From assembly GCF_000143415.4 (NCBI RefSeq), contig NW_003314424.1:99194-163193 (forward strand): DNA of 64,000 nucleotides. The letters are read 5' to 3'. This DNA is from Selaginella moellendorffii (Eukaryota; Plantae; Lycopodiophyta). Below the pieces are notes generated by a model that saw only the letters and a program-made list of their open reading frames with translations, did no database searches and was not told the origin of the DNA. The stretch's first letter is position 1. Each line of letters opens with the position of its first letter. Below are positions 36,442-49,666 of this stretch, piece after piece. A program made the position numbers and the translations under genes.

Positions 36442-39400
36442 TTAATTGAACTTTGCATAAGTACATAGAGTTCTGCCTTGCAAAAATTCCTCCACTAGAT
36501 CTCGCGCGTTCGCTAGGTTCTTCTCCGGTTCCCATGTTGCTTCGCAGTGTGGAAATCCTTTCCACTTCACATGGAACTCTCTCACCTCGCGTCCTTGTCG
36601 CTTGCTCTTACACGCATTGAGGATGGCCTCGACTTCGTATTCCTCTTCCCCTTGGATAACCTTAGGTAAAGGTCTCACTTGGTCCTTGCGAATCGGATCC
36701 TCAAAGTATGGCTTGAGTAAGTTCACGTGGAACACTGGGTGCATCTTCCCCATCTCTTGAGGAAGTTGGAGACGGTAAGCCACTTTACCGATTCGTGCCT
36801 CAATCTCGTAAGGCCCCGCGAACCTGCTTAAGGAACTCAAGATCAATTCATTTACAGGAATACATGCATCTTTACCTTTGGGTCAACTTTCGGCTGATCC
36901 CACTTGGTAGTCTGAGGTTCTTGGTGTTCAGCCACACCTTCTCCCCAGCTTGGAACTCTACATCCCGACGCTTCTGGTTCGCGTATTTGGTTTGCCTTTG
37001 TTGAGCCCGTTCCAAGGAATCCCTCACTAGATTCCAAATGCTGAGTCTTTCCGCCGTGAATGCCTCCACTGCGGGCAACTCTCCATGATACTCGGCCACG
37101 CCGAGTTCCACAGGACCTTCAATAGCTCGCCCATTGATGACTTCCCATGGGCTCACCTTGATACTCGAATGTGGTGAGTTGTTATAACACATTTCCGCAA
37201 GTCCCAAATGACTTACCCAATTGGTCTGGTCTCCCGAGACATAGCATCGCTAATAATCCTCCAGCTGCCTATTCACCCTTTTCGTTTGTCCGTCTGTCAA
37301 GAAGTGTTAGTGCCAACAACTTGACTTAATACCCCATACCTGTCTGTGGGTGATAGGCTGTGCTGAATTTCAACTTGGTGCGATACTGTTCCAGGAGAGT
37401 CCTCCAGAACCTATTGGTGAAGATCTTATCTCGATCTGAAATGATCTCTTCCGGTCTTCCCCGCACTCGAACCACTTGTTCGAAGAATAGCTTCGCCACA
37501 CCTTCCGCATCCACCTCCGTTGTGGTGGGTATGAAATGTGCCATTTTCGAAAATCGGTCCACCACCACGAATATCGCATCAAACCCCTCGCTTGGGGGGA
37601 GTCCCGTGATGAAGTCCATCGTAAGACATTTCCACCGACGATCTGGAATTGGGATGCTTTGCAACAAGCCCCCACTAGCCTTAGTCACGGCTTTTACCTG
37701 CTGACATGTTGGACATGTCTTTACATAGTCTTGGACGTCCTTAGCCATATCTGGCCAATGGTACTTCCTCTTGAGTAAGCCCATCGTCTTGGGCACTCCG
37801 CCGTGTCCCGCAAAAGGTCCGTCATGACACTCTTCTAAGGCTACCTTCCTTAGTTCCCCTTCTGGAACATACACCCTCGTTTGCTTGTAATAGATGAGTC
37901 CGTTGTGTTTCGTATAGCCCATTTTCTCTTCCGTTGGCAGCTCACCTCTCTAGTGAGCTTCCCGTGCCTCTAGATTCCTCAGCAACACTTCTTGTGCTAG
38001 ACCATCGTTCTCATATGCTGTCCGCACATCGTCCCAGAAGGTTGCTGTTGCACTGGATATTGCCAACCTCAAGCTCGCTTTTCGACTTAGCGCATCCGCC
38101 ACGATGTTGCTCTTCCCAGGCTTGTACAGAATTTCACAATCAAACTCGGCCAAGGCATTGGCCCACCGACCTTGTTTCCCTCTCAGGTCAGGCTGCGACA
38201 AGAAGTGTTTTGTTGCCACATTGTCCGTATAAACCTTGAAGTGTCTCCCAAGGTAGTGTCGCCACTCCTTGAGCACCTTGACCACCACAAACAATTCCTT
38301 CTCGTGGGCAGGCCACTTCCGTTGAGCCTTGTCCAACTTCTTCGAGAAGAACGCTACCGGATGGTTGTCTTGCTTCAAAACTACGCCCAACACAAAGTCC
38401 GAAGCATCCGTTTCTACCTCAAAGTCCTTACCAAGGTCTGGTAATGCCAATACGGGAGCCTTCCTCAACTTCCCTTTGAGGTGGATGAATGCCGCCTCGC
38501 ATTCCACTATTCATACCATCTTCCCTTTTCCTATTTGGTCTGTTAAGGGCAGGGTTACTCTCGAATAGTGTCTGATAAACTTTCGATAGTAGTTGCATAG
38601 CCCAAGGAATGCCCTCAACTCGTGTACATTCGATGGTCACTCCCATTCCTGGATCGCTTGGACCTTCTCCGGGTCCACCTTGAGCCCATCCTGGCCCACC
38701 ACATGCCCGAGAAACTTTACCTCTTGTTGAGCAAAGTCACATTTGCTCTCTTTAGCATACAGTTTATGTTCCCTTAGTTTCTCAAACACCTTCGCCAAGT
38801 GTTCGGCATGCTCCTCTAGCATCTCGCTATAGATCAGAATGTCATCGATATAGACGACCATGAAGTGATCCAGATAAGGTACAAAGATGTGGTTCATCAG
38901 TGCCGAAAATATTGCCGGCGCATTGCATAGCCTGAAGGGCATCACCAGAAACTCAAAGCTCCCATACCTCGTTCGACAGGTTGTCTTCTCGACATCTTCC
39001 TCGGCTACCCTGATCTGGTAGTATCCTGACCTTAGGTCAATCCTCGAGAAGTATTTTGCCTTTCCCAACCTATCGAACAGGTCCTCAATCCTTGGCAAAG
39101 GGTACTTGTTCTTCTTTGTATACTTGTTGAGCAACTAGTAGTCCATGCATATGCGCATAGATTCATCTTTCTTTTTCACAAATAACACTAGCGCCCCATA
39201 CGGCGACTTGCTCAACCTAACATACCCTTTGTCCACCAACTCCTCTAGTTGGCACTTGAGCTCCTTGAGTTCTTTTTCGTTCAAACGATAAGGGGGATGA
39301 ACCACCGCCTCAGCACCCTCGACCAGCTCAATCTTATGTTCTATCGGTCGTGCTGGGGGCAACCCCACCGGTAGCTCCTCTGGCATGGTATCCTGGAATT

Positions 39401-41213
39401 GGTCCAACACCCGCTAGATCACTAAAGGTACTTCTTCCGTTCCTATCTTTTTGTCACTCTTCACCAAGAGTAAGCACAAAAAGGCTGCCTTAGTTCCTTT
39501 AGTGAGTTGTCCTCTCGTGGACACCAGGTTTAAGCAGGAGTCTTTGGCCTTGCTTTTCCCTACCTTTAGATCTTGGGCCTCCACCCTAGATCTTCTTCCT
39601 TGGGCATTCGCCAGTACCACAAGGTTTCTACCTTGTCCATGCAGGGCTACCACGAACCGATTGAACCAATCCATTCCGAAGATCACGTCAAATCCCGCCA
39701 TGTCCAACACAGTGAAATCCATGTCCACCTTCCAAGTCCCCACTTCGATTCTCGCTTGTCAAAGTACCTCATTGGTGCTTTGGCTACCTTGAACAAACTC
39801 TATAGTCCTTGGTTTGCCTAGCCGCTATACCGTTAGTCCGGCTTGCCGGACTATGTCTGCAGCCACAAAATTATCCGAAGCACCCGTGTCAATAAGGATC
39901 TTAACAAAGATACCTCCGAGCTTCCCTCGGAGGGCTAGTAGATGTCGCAAACGACTCTCTACCAAAGTTGCTCGTGTAATGAGGAACTTTGAGTTAGGGA
40001 CTGGATCACATACCTCAGTTTGGCCTTCACCCGACTTGATGGTTATATTGGCTCTAGCCTTCTTCGGGTAGGGACATTCCCTCGAAAAGTGTCCCGCTTC
40101 ACCGTAGTTGTAGCATACGTTGTTTCCCACGCTGCTATACTATTTGACCTTCTTATCCGTGGGTTTGTCTCTTTTCGCTTGACTCCCCCACGTACTCGCT
40201 CGTTAGCCACCGGATTTGCCTTTCCAGAACCCCGAGGACTCATTCTTAGAGAAACTCTTCTTGAATTTCCCTCGGCTATACGTTCCCCTTGGTTTGGCCC
40301 CTTTGCTAAACATGGACCCCGACCCCGTCGTGTTTCCCTTTCGCAGGTTATCGTTGAAATGCACCTTGATGGCCGCATTCAACGCTTCCTTGTAGTTGGT
40401 CGGGTTCCACCGCATCACCTCACCGTGAGCCTAGGTTTTCAAACTTGATATGAAGGCATGGAACGCATCCATATCCCCCATGTCTGTGACAAGTATCCTC
40501 TTTGCCATAAACCCATTCACATACTCCTGAATGGTTCCGGTCTGCTTTAGCCTACTCAGCTCGTCTCTTAGATGTAGAGTAGCATTCGGAGGAACGTAAG
40601 TCGCACGGATCCTCGCCTTCATCATTTCCCAAGTGGCCACCGGTCCTTCGTTGGCATCTGTCGTTCTCCACCAAGACTTGGCATTATCTGCCAAGTATGG
40701 TTTTGCACATGGGACTTTCTCCGAGCTTGGTAACCGCAATGCGCAGAAGTAGTCCTCCATATCATAAAACCAATCCTCCACCACCTTATAGTCATTCACT
40801 CCCTTGAAAACTGGTGGGGGCTTTGGTTTGTACTTGGGAACTGCCTGAGGGACTGATTCCACTTCGGTCTGTTCAACTTTGTTTGGTCCTGCCTCAGTCC
40901 CTACCGAGGGGTCCGCACCCTCTGCGCTGCCAGCATCCTCAGTCTTTCACTTTTTCTTCCGCTTCTCGTCACGCTTTAACTTGCGTACGAGAGTCTCTAG
41001 CAGGGCATTGGTTTGTGCCAATTGTCCTTCTAGAACGTCCAATCGAGCCTTGGACGACCGAACCTCACCACTAGACTCCTGTTTGGAAGTTGCCTCACTG
41101 GAGTCCTCCTCATGCAAGGATTCCTCATCCATAGCCTCCTGTTCGACCGGAGGCTCCAGCTCTGGAGGAGGTTCCGTCTCTGCTTGGGTTCGCTTATGTC
41201 CTGCCCTTGCCAT
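36442..41213 (-). pseudogene. Chromovirus gag-pol with multiple in-frame stops and two putative introns (37294-37339, 36824-36875)
   Basis: Consecutive ORFs are separated by single stops; removing the GT..AG inserts restores HPQTDGQT and KLTQRFAGPY. Confidence 0.85.
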
Positions 41214-41228
41214 CTCCCAGAAATCCGG

Positions 41229-41291
41229 CATTTCGGTCAAGCTTTTGGGGATCCTTTAGCCTATGACATCTCGGGGAGTCGGTTCCTTACA
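41229..41291 (-). repeat. 63-bp remnant of 5' LTR
   Basis: Matches 35992-36054 with 3 mismatches, then joins the gag region directly. Confidence 0.85.
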
Positions 41292-41419
41292 ACACGTTCC
41301 CATGAACTGGAAGTGTGCTAGTCGCCCAGTCCTTCCGTGTCTTGAGGTTCTCAAGATCGATTTCAGGGGGTGCCACCTCTAGCAAATCTCCTTCTTGTCC
41401 ACAAAACATAGTAACCTAG

Positions 41420-43050
41420 GTCACTAGGTCAATGAAATGTGTATATATATTTCTAATATCCTGTGGGGACTAATACAAAAACTAAGTGTGCCACCCTCTA
41501 ATGAAGCTACCTAAAAAACTCTTTTGCATCCCACATGTGGGCCTAGCCCTATAAAAGAAGAAGCTGTAATCTCCTCCTCCATGCCATGTCGAAGTTGACA
41601 TCTCCCTTCCATGCAGCTCTTAGGATTGACACTGGGGGACACCACCTCCATTGGCCCTCTACTCTAAAGCACAAGAGCCAAGCCTTTTGCCACTTCACCA
41701 TCCTTGACAGCTTCCCGTTATCCTTAAGAATAACATATTGTAGCCAAATTGCTACGAGCGTGAGTCACCACCATTCTGCCATCACCACCATTCTGCCATC
41801 ACCACTGACACTCTAGCTTATAGTCTATCAAAGTGGGACTTATTGCGTGCTTCCCATAATGCCTAAACTCCCATCACACACCAAATGGCCAACCTAGCAT
41901 AGCCCATTGCCACACCCAACTCCACTCTAGATGTGTCCTAGCACACATGAATCCTCCATCCATGTCAACCCCTACATCTAATACACCTCCAAGCTGGGCC
42001 CCTAGCCCCCTCAAACTAGTGCAGTACATCTCCATTACGTGCCTCTAAATCTTGTGTAACCCTAAGTTCCTTCTTAGCTTTGAGGATCTGCTATCACATT
42101 CCCATAGGGCTTGCATGACTGTCTTGATCTCGTCACACTCTTTGCATCTCCTATCCACATCCTCTTGGAATCATTGGCTTGCTGGGAGGCCATTGTTGGC
42201 CACCAGCCAAGATGTGACCTTCACTTTCTCCTACACTGGCAACTTTTAAAATTCCATTGTGTTGTCGACCATCTATTCCATGTGCACTCCTTGTTTTATC
42301 CACTTCCACCACAGATTTGGGATCTTCTCTAGATATCAACAAATCATTCAGTGCTCCTTTCACTTCGTATGAAAAGAAGTCATTTGCTCCTCTTCACCAT
42401 GCTGCATGGTCCCAGTCCAAATCCTCTAGTGGCTGTTTCTGCCACCATATCAATAGCCTATTGCCCTCCAGAAGACTCTCTAACTCAACCACTTCCAGCT
42501 GCTTGGGTGTCTGTCATAGCACTCAAATTCTTCCTCTAACTTCATTGTTCATGACCTGCAGCACCATTTGTGCTTCTCCCACCTAGTGGGAGGAGAGTAT
42601 CCCCCTCATAACTTGAAAGGGCCACCCTATATTGTCTCTTCGAGAGACCACAAACCATACCTCCACATCTCCTTTTGAATAGGCTGCAGTGGGAGCTGTG
42701 AATGCCCAAATCCAAGATCCTAGTGGGAAGCAGGTCCATACCCTACTCCTCCCACTATGAGTCCCTCTATACTATTATAAAGTCCCTAGCTTCGAGGCAC
42801 TATTTTGGCCATCCTCCTCCTCCTTTTGCCTTGTTCACCAGATGCAAAAGTTGCAGTATATCTAGCTGGAGGTTTTGCCTCCTCCACTGGCCAAACACCT
42901 TTAGCCACCTCACCATTTTCCTGGGTCCTTGTCCAACACCCCTACTAGGTTCTTCAGGGTCTAGAAGCTACTAACATGGAGTTTCCTCTAGATGGTGCAA
43001 TGTGCCTCTCTACCTATATCCTCTCTTTAGTCTTGAATAGTGCATTAAAG
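41420..43050 (-). mobile_element. Decayed LINE 3' fragment, related family
   Basis: GGGACTAATACAAAAACTAAG..GCCACCCTCT block shared with 26750 and 43855; further similarity to 26900-27700. Confidence 0.65.
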
Positions 43051-43065
43051 AATTAACCTAGTTTT

Positions 43066-43250
43066 CTAGTCGCCCACGAACATCAAATTCGTGTGGAAAC
43101 TCCTCACAGTCACGTACTCCCGGTAGACTCTGGCCTTGATGTGGATCACGTATCTCCGTGGGTTCATCCGTGGGGCGGCGTTGATCGCATCCTGGATCCA
43201 CCCAAACTGCCCCGACCCGTCCTGCACCACCACCGCGTCCACGATATTTT
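43066..43250 (-). pseudogene. Pectin methylesterase N-terminal catalytic-domain fragment
   Basis: DAVVVQDGSGQFGWIQDAINAAP..RYVIHIKARVYREYVTV..TNLMFVGD matches the plant PME N-terminal consensus. Confidence 0.85.
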
Positions 43251-43809
43251 GGCAAAGCTTGTTGGCAATGCACCTCATGTTTGGGAGGTGGACCCACACT
43301 GGATGTTTGCAGAGGGGCCAATACATGGTTAAGGGTGGCAATCTTATACAAGGCATCTATAGATTGTGGAAAGCATTCCCACTATAGCAAGTGGCATTGG
43401 AAAAGGTATAAGCTGCCAAGGTTGCCTACCCAGCTAGAGGCCCATGAGGATGATCTTATACCTTGTCGCCATTGCCATGTTGCTTAGGTCTATGATGCCT
43501 AGTCCACCCAGAATATGTGGCCAAGCTATCAATTGCCATGCCACCTTAGCCATTGTGTGCCTTGTGACCAGCACACCATGCCATACATATGTTCAAAGGA
43601 TCCATAACGTGATTTAGAAGTGGGCCTTAAGGAAATTTGGGATCCCAGCAAGGATTGTGGTAGCCAAGTGCATAGTGCTACCCATCATCTTGCAATATGG
43701 CCAAAGAAGTATTGGGACTTGGAGTCCACTTTGAAGAAGGTGAGAGCTATAGCGCTGAGTAGGATGTCATCTGACATTGTAGCGTTAAATTCCATTACTA
43801 CCTAGATGC

Positions 43810-44210
43810 TAGGTCCTTGGGTCAATAAACATGTATGTACATTCCTATGTCCCAATGAGACTAATACAAAAACTAGGCATGCCACCCTCTCAACAAGTTA
43901 CTATACATAATAGTCTTGTATCCCAACTGAACTTAGTCTTGAAGTAGAAATAGTCATGGTTATCTCATTTGGATCATGTTGATATCCAAATCTCCCCTTC
44001 TAGCCAAATGTAGAATAGAGTTAAGGGGGTGCCACTACTAGTGGATCACTCTACCAAAACATGAGAGTATCTGTTCCTCCACTTTTCTAGTCAACTGGGT
44101 TTCACCCATTCTTTCAAAATGGCATAATGGAGGTGCATTGTTGCAAGAGTAAGTCTCCACCATGAGGCTATCACCATAGATATCCTCACTTGTTGTCTAT
44201 TGAAATGACT
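43810..44210 (-). mobile_element. 5'-truncated LINE 3' end
   Basis: Colinear with 26720-27100 and 1-250. Confidence 0.75.
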
Positions 44211-46059
44211 TTTCTTTTTTACACTTATGCCAACTTTAGAAATAGACTGCAAGAAAATATATACCACATTATAATGGTAGGGTACACGTTAGCACACTAG
44301 CATTCTCTTGTATGAGAATGCTTTTCAGTCTTGGAAATGTTTTAAATAGACTTAATTATTTGACGTGATTACTTTTGAGTGTTTTGAATTTTATTTCTAT
44401 TTTATTATTCATAAATGACTCCCGAAAACTTTTAATGGGGATTCATTGTGTAAATATACCTTGCTCTTCTCATATGGGAGGATTGGGATATAATCAAGCA
44501 AGCAAAGTTTTTTATAAGAAGTATTATATAAATCTCAAATGCTATGGAAAGCTATGGAGTATATTTATTAGTGCTATCTGCCATGCTATTTATTTCTTAA
44601 TTTCTTTTGCTCCGAACTATTGTTTTGGAAGTAGCTTGAGCATTTTTATCAATGGTGACAGTGGTTTCCACATTTTCAGGAAATATCATTGAAACTGGAT
44701 GAATAAGGCAACAACCAGATACGGCAGGTCAAGGAAAATGAAATGTATGTTTTTATTTTGCAAGCTCACATTTCATACAGGAAGAAGTGAAAGCACAAGC
44801 TTATACCGAGAAAATTTCACAGCTGCTGTTAACAGCTGTGTTTGCAGCTGGTGCTCTACAGTGACAAGTTTGAGCAGTTTCAGGTATTGTTCGAAATCCT
44901 ATGTTTAACTAAAACAGATTTGGCTTTGAGCAGGACACGCTGACTAAGAGTAATGAGGTGTTTGCGTCCTTTAAATCCAGCATTACCGTTCTCCTTCCCT
45001 AGAGCCAAAGGTATGTGGGATTTCGACCTCTGGTAGATGGTACAACGCTTTCGTTTTCGTTATGTAGATGGTACAGGATCCTGGGATGTGAGAAGATCCA
45101 CCTGGGGAGAGAGGTCACGCTCCTCACAAGCACAATGCCAGCAAGAAAGAAGAAGAGATACATTGCCCCAAGGTATGGCTGAGCAAAACACTTGGTAACT
45201 GGACTGATTGTAGCTTTATTCTTTGGGTGTGGCAGCTGGCTATTTTGGAAATAAGTCTGCCCGCTTCCAGCAATTATTCTGGTGAAAGCCAACAACTTGG
45301 AGGCCCCCTCCCCTTGTGAAACCCGGTTGCTTCTGAGCAAAGGCACCACAGAGGTCTGGACAGGAACTTTTTTGCCTTGAGAATGTTTGGATTGAGTAGT
45401 AGAGCTGCATGTCTCTGTCTTTAGGAAGCTAAGCAGGACAGTGACAAAAATCCTTGAATGCCCTCACTAATGCCTCTCATTGTGTTGTGACAGAAGTCCA
45501 GAGAAAATGGCTTGGCTGGCCGGGATGGAGATTGGAAGGGGAGCTACAAAAAACTCCAGAGCAAGGCTGGGATCTTCCTGGAAGTTTGAGACGAAGAACG
45601 TGTTACAACCCCAAGTAAGCTTTGCTTTCAGCACAGTTTTAAATGAAATTGATCTCTTGTGCAAATTGCAAGATCATGGAATATGATTGCCATGATGTTT
45701 GTTCCGGTGCTAGTTAAAAAGTACGAAGAGCTCTAGCATGAGACAAGACCGTGAAGCTTAGAAAAAAGCAAAGCAAGAAAGTATGTGGTGGCTGGATATT
45801 TTGGAAGTAAGGAGTATTTCCATTGCCCATTGCATTTCATGGTAATGAAAATTTTCCTATAAAACATTTTTAACTATATAATGTGTAGAGAGTTGTGAAA
45901 TTATTAAGTTTGTCATAACCTTATTATTTTAAAATTTATAATATTTATATTAAATTACAATTGAAAATTGAGTTAAACTTATGAACTAAACTTTTCAGCT
46001 CATGAACTCAAGAGTCTACACTCCCAAGAACCATGTCAAGTCAAGGGGGAAGGGTAAAA

Positions 46060-47358
46060 GGAGAGGGACAGTAGAGACCCACCTTTGATCCAACAATAAT
46101 CTTCACTTGCACATGAATCCTTTGTCCACCACTGCACTCCTCCTCCGGCTCTGTCCGCATGACAAACGCTTCCAGCTACACAGTAGTACCGAGCTTGGCC
46201 TGGACGCACAGAGGATTAGCACCAGGAAGGAACAACGTCAAGCTCACTCACCCCCTCCAAGGACTTGACGTGATATATCATATATGTGCTTGAGCCCTGA
46301 TCTCCTGGGGCCGTGGCCAAAGTGCGCAGCAAAGCCATGTGCAGTACATGGCCAACCCACAAGCTTCAGCCAAGAGCTCGTCCCCCAAACACTGATCCCT
46401 GCGAGTTGAGCTGCTGAGGCTCCACCATAAAACACGTTTGGTGTCGAGTGCTCTGGATCAAGACAGCACTAGCATCATCCTTGCTTCCTGATGCCAGCAG
46501 TTGCCGCCCCTCGTCGAGCATGCATCCCACACGTTTCTGCCAGCCATCAGCGGCCTGGGGAGCTCCAAGCGCGGCGTGATGATCGTGACGATCATCCACA
46601 TCCACGCGTCTGGCTTCAAGAGCATTCACCCGCGCTGGCTTGCCAGTTATCCTGTCGCGGGCCACGAAGACGAGGCCAGCCTCCAGGGCAGTAGCTTGGT
46701 GCTGCAGAGCTTGGACGTGTACGTGGAGGGAGCTGCGGCCGGCTCGTTGAACCGTTCCACGTCCACATCGAACAGCAGCGGCTTGTGGATGACCAGGCCG
46801 TCCAAGAGTACCGTCAAGAACATGAGCGGCCTCGAGGCACCTTGTCTCCGAGGCAATGCTGTAGCATAAGCAAATTATCATCGTTAGATATGGCGATTTC
46901 ACCTTGCGGCAGACGTGCTCTCCCAGGCAATCCATATCCTTGAGCAGCCTCGCCATGCTAATCTCCTGCATGTGGTCCTGGTAGTGGAGCTGGAGGAGCC
47001 TGTCCGTGGCCAAGAGGAAGTGGACGCTCACACGCCCGTCTTGCACTGATCGCTGCGGCAACGAGAGCTGGGAGGCGGCCAGCGAGTCGAGGCGAGTGAA
47101 AGAACCGTCGCCTCCTTCCCCGCCACCCCAGCAGGCCAGTTGATGAGTCCCAGGGAGTCGCAAGCTGCGGGGCTCGAAGCCAGCCACTTCCACTGCTCCA
47201 CGGTCACGGGGGATACGTACAGACTGCCTGGGAACAGCGCCATCGGCATCTTCTGCTGCCGTGGCGGCGGTGGCGGCGGGGGCACCAACACTCATGTATC
47301 CTCCCCACCATCGCCGATTTAGGGCCGACCTTACACGATGGAAGGGCTTTGCTGCCAT
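46060..47358 (-). pseudogene. Acyl-CoA thioesterase (ACOT9-like double HotDog), apparently frameshifted
   Basis: ISMARLLKDMDCLG, RPLMFLTVLLD, GRSSLHV, FVARDRITGKPARVN, EPQQLNSQGSVFGG; the RPLMFLTV..DVD block lies in another frame. Confidence 0.65.
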
Positions 47359-48160
47359 GTCTGTGGATTGTGTTTGAGATTAAGGTTTTGAGACTTGCTT
47401 GAAATTCGTCATCGCCGCTCTTTCTTGGCCCCGTTGAAACACAAACAAATCAGAAACTGTTAGTATTCATGCAGAAACCAAATGGTCTAAAAGGTGGATT
47501 TTCACTTATATTTTTAAATGCATTAATTCGTTCAAGTGTAGTTTTTTAAAAAAAATGCAAAGGTAATGACTCTTTCGAGTCTTTATTTTTGTTCTTATTT
47601 GATTGGTCTATCTCCACTCTGGTGCAAGTTTCTGGATGAACACATTGGCATCCTGCCCACAACTGCAACCTCTTGGACAATGGAGAGCGATGGCCTCCAG
47701 GAACCTAGTTGCATTTGCCTTTTCACGTGTAACTAGGTAACCCTGCTAATCTCCTTTTCACGTCTAACTAGGTGCCTCGTGTCCACAAACCAATCCTTGC
47801 TACACAGTAGTGAGCACATCGTCTCCCCTCACCCAGAGACAGCCCTGCTCTCCGGGGTAAAGCTTCACACATTGAACTTATCCCTGGAAGAAAGTAGCCC
47901 CCCATGGAAATCTGGCCGTACTCCGTCATCCCATATTGCTGTACCAGCCAACGGGTGCCAAGTGTCGCTCAATAGATCAAAAGAACTGAGGAACAAGAAG
48001 GAACATCCTGGGAACACATATTTGCAGCCTTCAGTTCCTCTGGAAGGAATAGCTGCGTGGAAGTGAAGCAGTAGCATGCACGTCGAGTTGGCCGGCGTGG
48101 CTGCAGCACCTTAACTCCTCTTAAACTTGCTTTAATTGCTAGTCGGCCACTCATAGGTGG

Positions 48161-48984
48161 TCAATGTTTAAAGAAACCTACATAAATCATAGTGGCAACA
48201 GACACAAGGATGGCAAAGAGATCAAACGCAAGTGCTGTCTGTTGCTGGTCGCTCAGCTTGAGATTCTTCCCGTCGAGCACTTCAATTGGGTCTAGCTTGG
48301 GCTGCCACTCGGTTTTCCATTTTGGAGGCTTGCTGCTTTCTCTGCGCTGGCTTCTATCCACTTCGTAAGGCCAGATGAATCTGCCCCCTCTCGCTTTGGA
48401 TGCCTCCTGCGCCAAGTGCCAATCGTAGAGCTTCCTGTCGTCCTCGCTGCTCAACACGTTGTACGCTTCCTTGAGACGGAGAAATTTCTTTCCCGCTACC
48501 TCTAGAGGGAGTGTGGTGGAGTCAGGATGGTACTGCTTAGACAGCTTCCTATAAGCCACTTTGATTTCCTCTGTGTCAGCTTCAGGTGTGATCCCCAAGA
48601 ACCTGTGGATCCACAAGCGAAACCGCAAGATCACACACAGTCAATGGTGGGCTTCGTTTTTACTCACTCGTAATGTGTTCCCGATACGTGTGCTATGAGA
48701 TCCGTAATGGTGTCGTCCAGTCCAGCTTGATCGTCTTTGCCCTCTTGTGTTGCTGCTGCTGCTTCAGCTGCTGCCCTTCCTCCTCCTTGGCCCTCCTTAT
48801 CCGGATCATCATCTTTGTCAAATCGGATCCATCCTTCGTCCGGAGAGCTCCATTCAATCATTCTGTTGGCTCGTTTGTTGGGAGCGTTGGGCACAGCGGA
48901 GCATTTGATGGGCGAGGAGGATCCCACCTTGAGCTGAGGACGCGGACGGCCATGGCAAGAAGAAGAAGAGCGGCTCAGCAGCAT
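48161..48984 (-). CDS. NdhT: Chloroplast NDH complex subunit T (J-domain, C-terminal TM); intron 48603-48667
   Basis: Ser-rich transit peptide, WSSPDEGW, HYEFLG, YHPD J-domain, LSDQQQTALAFD plus TM helix. Confidence 0.85.
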
Positions 48985-49097
48985 GATAAAAACTGGAATG
49001 TATGGCTGGGACAAGATAAGTACCTAGGAAGCCCTAAGTAGAGAGTCAATTTAACTCTTGTTGAAGCTCAGAGAGAGAGTGAGAGAGAGAGAGAGAG

Positions 49098-49644
49098 ATG
49101 AGTGCCTCTTTAACGATCGCTGGTTTGGCATCACTTGCGGCCCGGCGAGATGCCCAGAGGAGACGGGTGTGTCGGCTCTACAGGAAGGCGCTCCACCATA
49201 CCCTTGATTGGGTCATATTCCGGGAGCCCTTCTACAAGGAGGTGAGGAGGCGTGTTGCGATCCAAGCGCGCATTCTTCTTCTTGTGTGCTTGTGCAGGCA
49301 TCTAAGCTGAGAGCCAGATTCGATGTCAACAAGGATGTGGTAGATGTGGATGCAATAGAGAGGCTCATTGTCAAGGGAGAGGCCGAGTTCAAGAAGTTCC
49401 AGCATCCAGAGCCATACGCAGGTTTGTTTTTCTCATCGCATAAGGCAATGTTTGTGTGCTCACCAACATTTCGTCCAATCTACAGTTCCTTGGTCCCCTG
49501 AAGGCGTAACGTATGCAAGAAACCCACCTCTTCCAGCCGAGGTTTGTATCTTTTATATTCAGATCTTGCAACTCTTTTTATTCGGGCTTTGATCAGGTTG
49601 TGGTTGTAAAAGATTGGGGGAGGGAAGACTGGAGCACTCACTAG
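49098..49644 (+). CDS. NDUFB9: Mitochondrial complex I subunit B22 (LYR family), 4 exons
   Basis: RVCRLYRKAL..LDW, LRARFD, QHPEPY-VPW.P.G..Y.RNP; three short GT-AG introns. Confidence 0.9.
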
Positions 49645-49666
49645 AGGGCCTTTTTTGAGAATAAGT

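Larger units (their letters stand above)
35209..41291 (-). mobile_element. Ty3/Gypsy chromovirus: truncated 5' LTR, gag-PR-RT-RH-IN-chromodomain, PPT, 3' LTR
   Basis: Gag, degenerate zinc knuckle [59 protein letters not shown], chromodomain YEVEAIL..VKWKGF..TWEP. Confidence 0.95.

Noticed and set aside
44700-45700. ORFs 44999-45349 and 45480-45686
   Set aside because: No recognisable family or consistent exon structure
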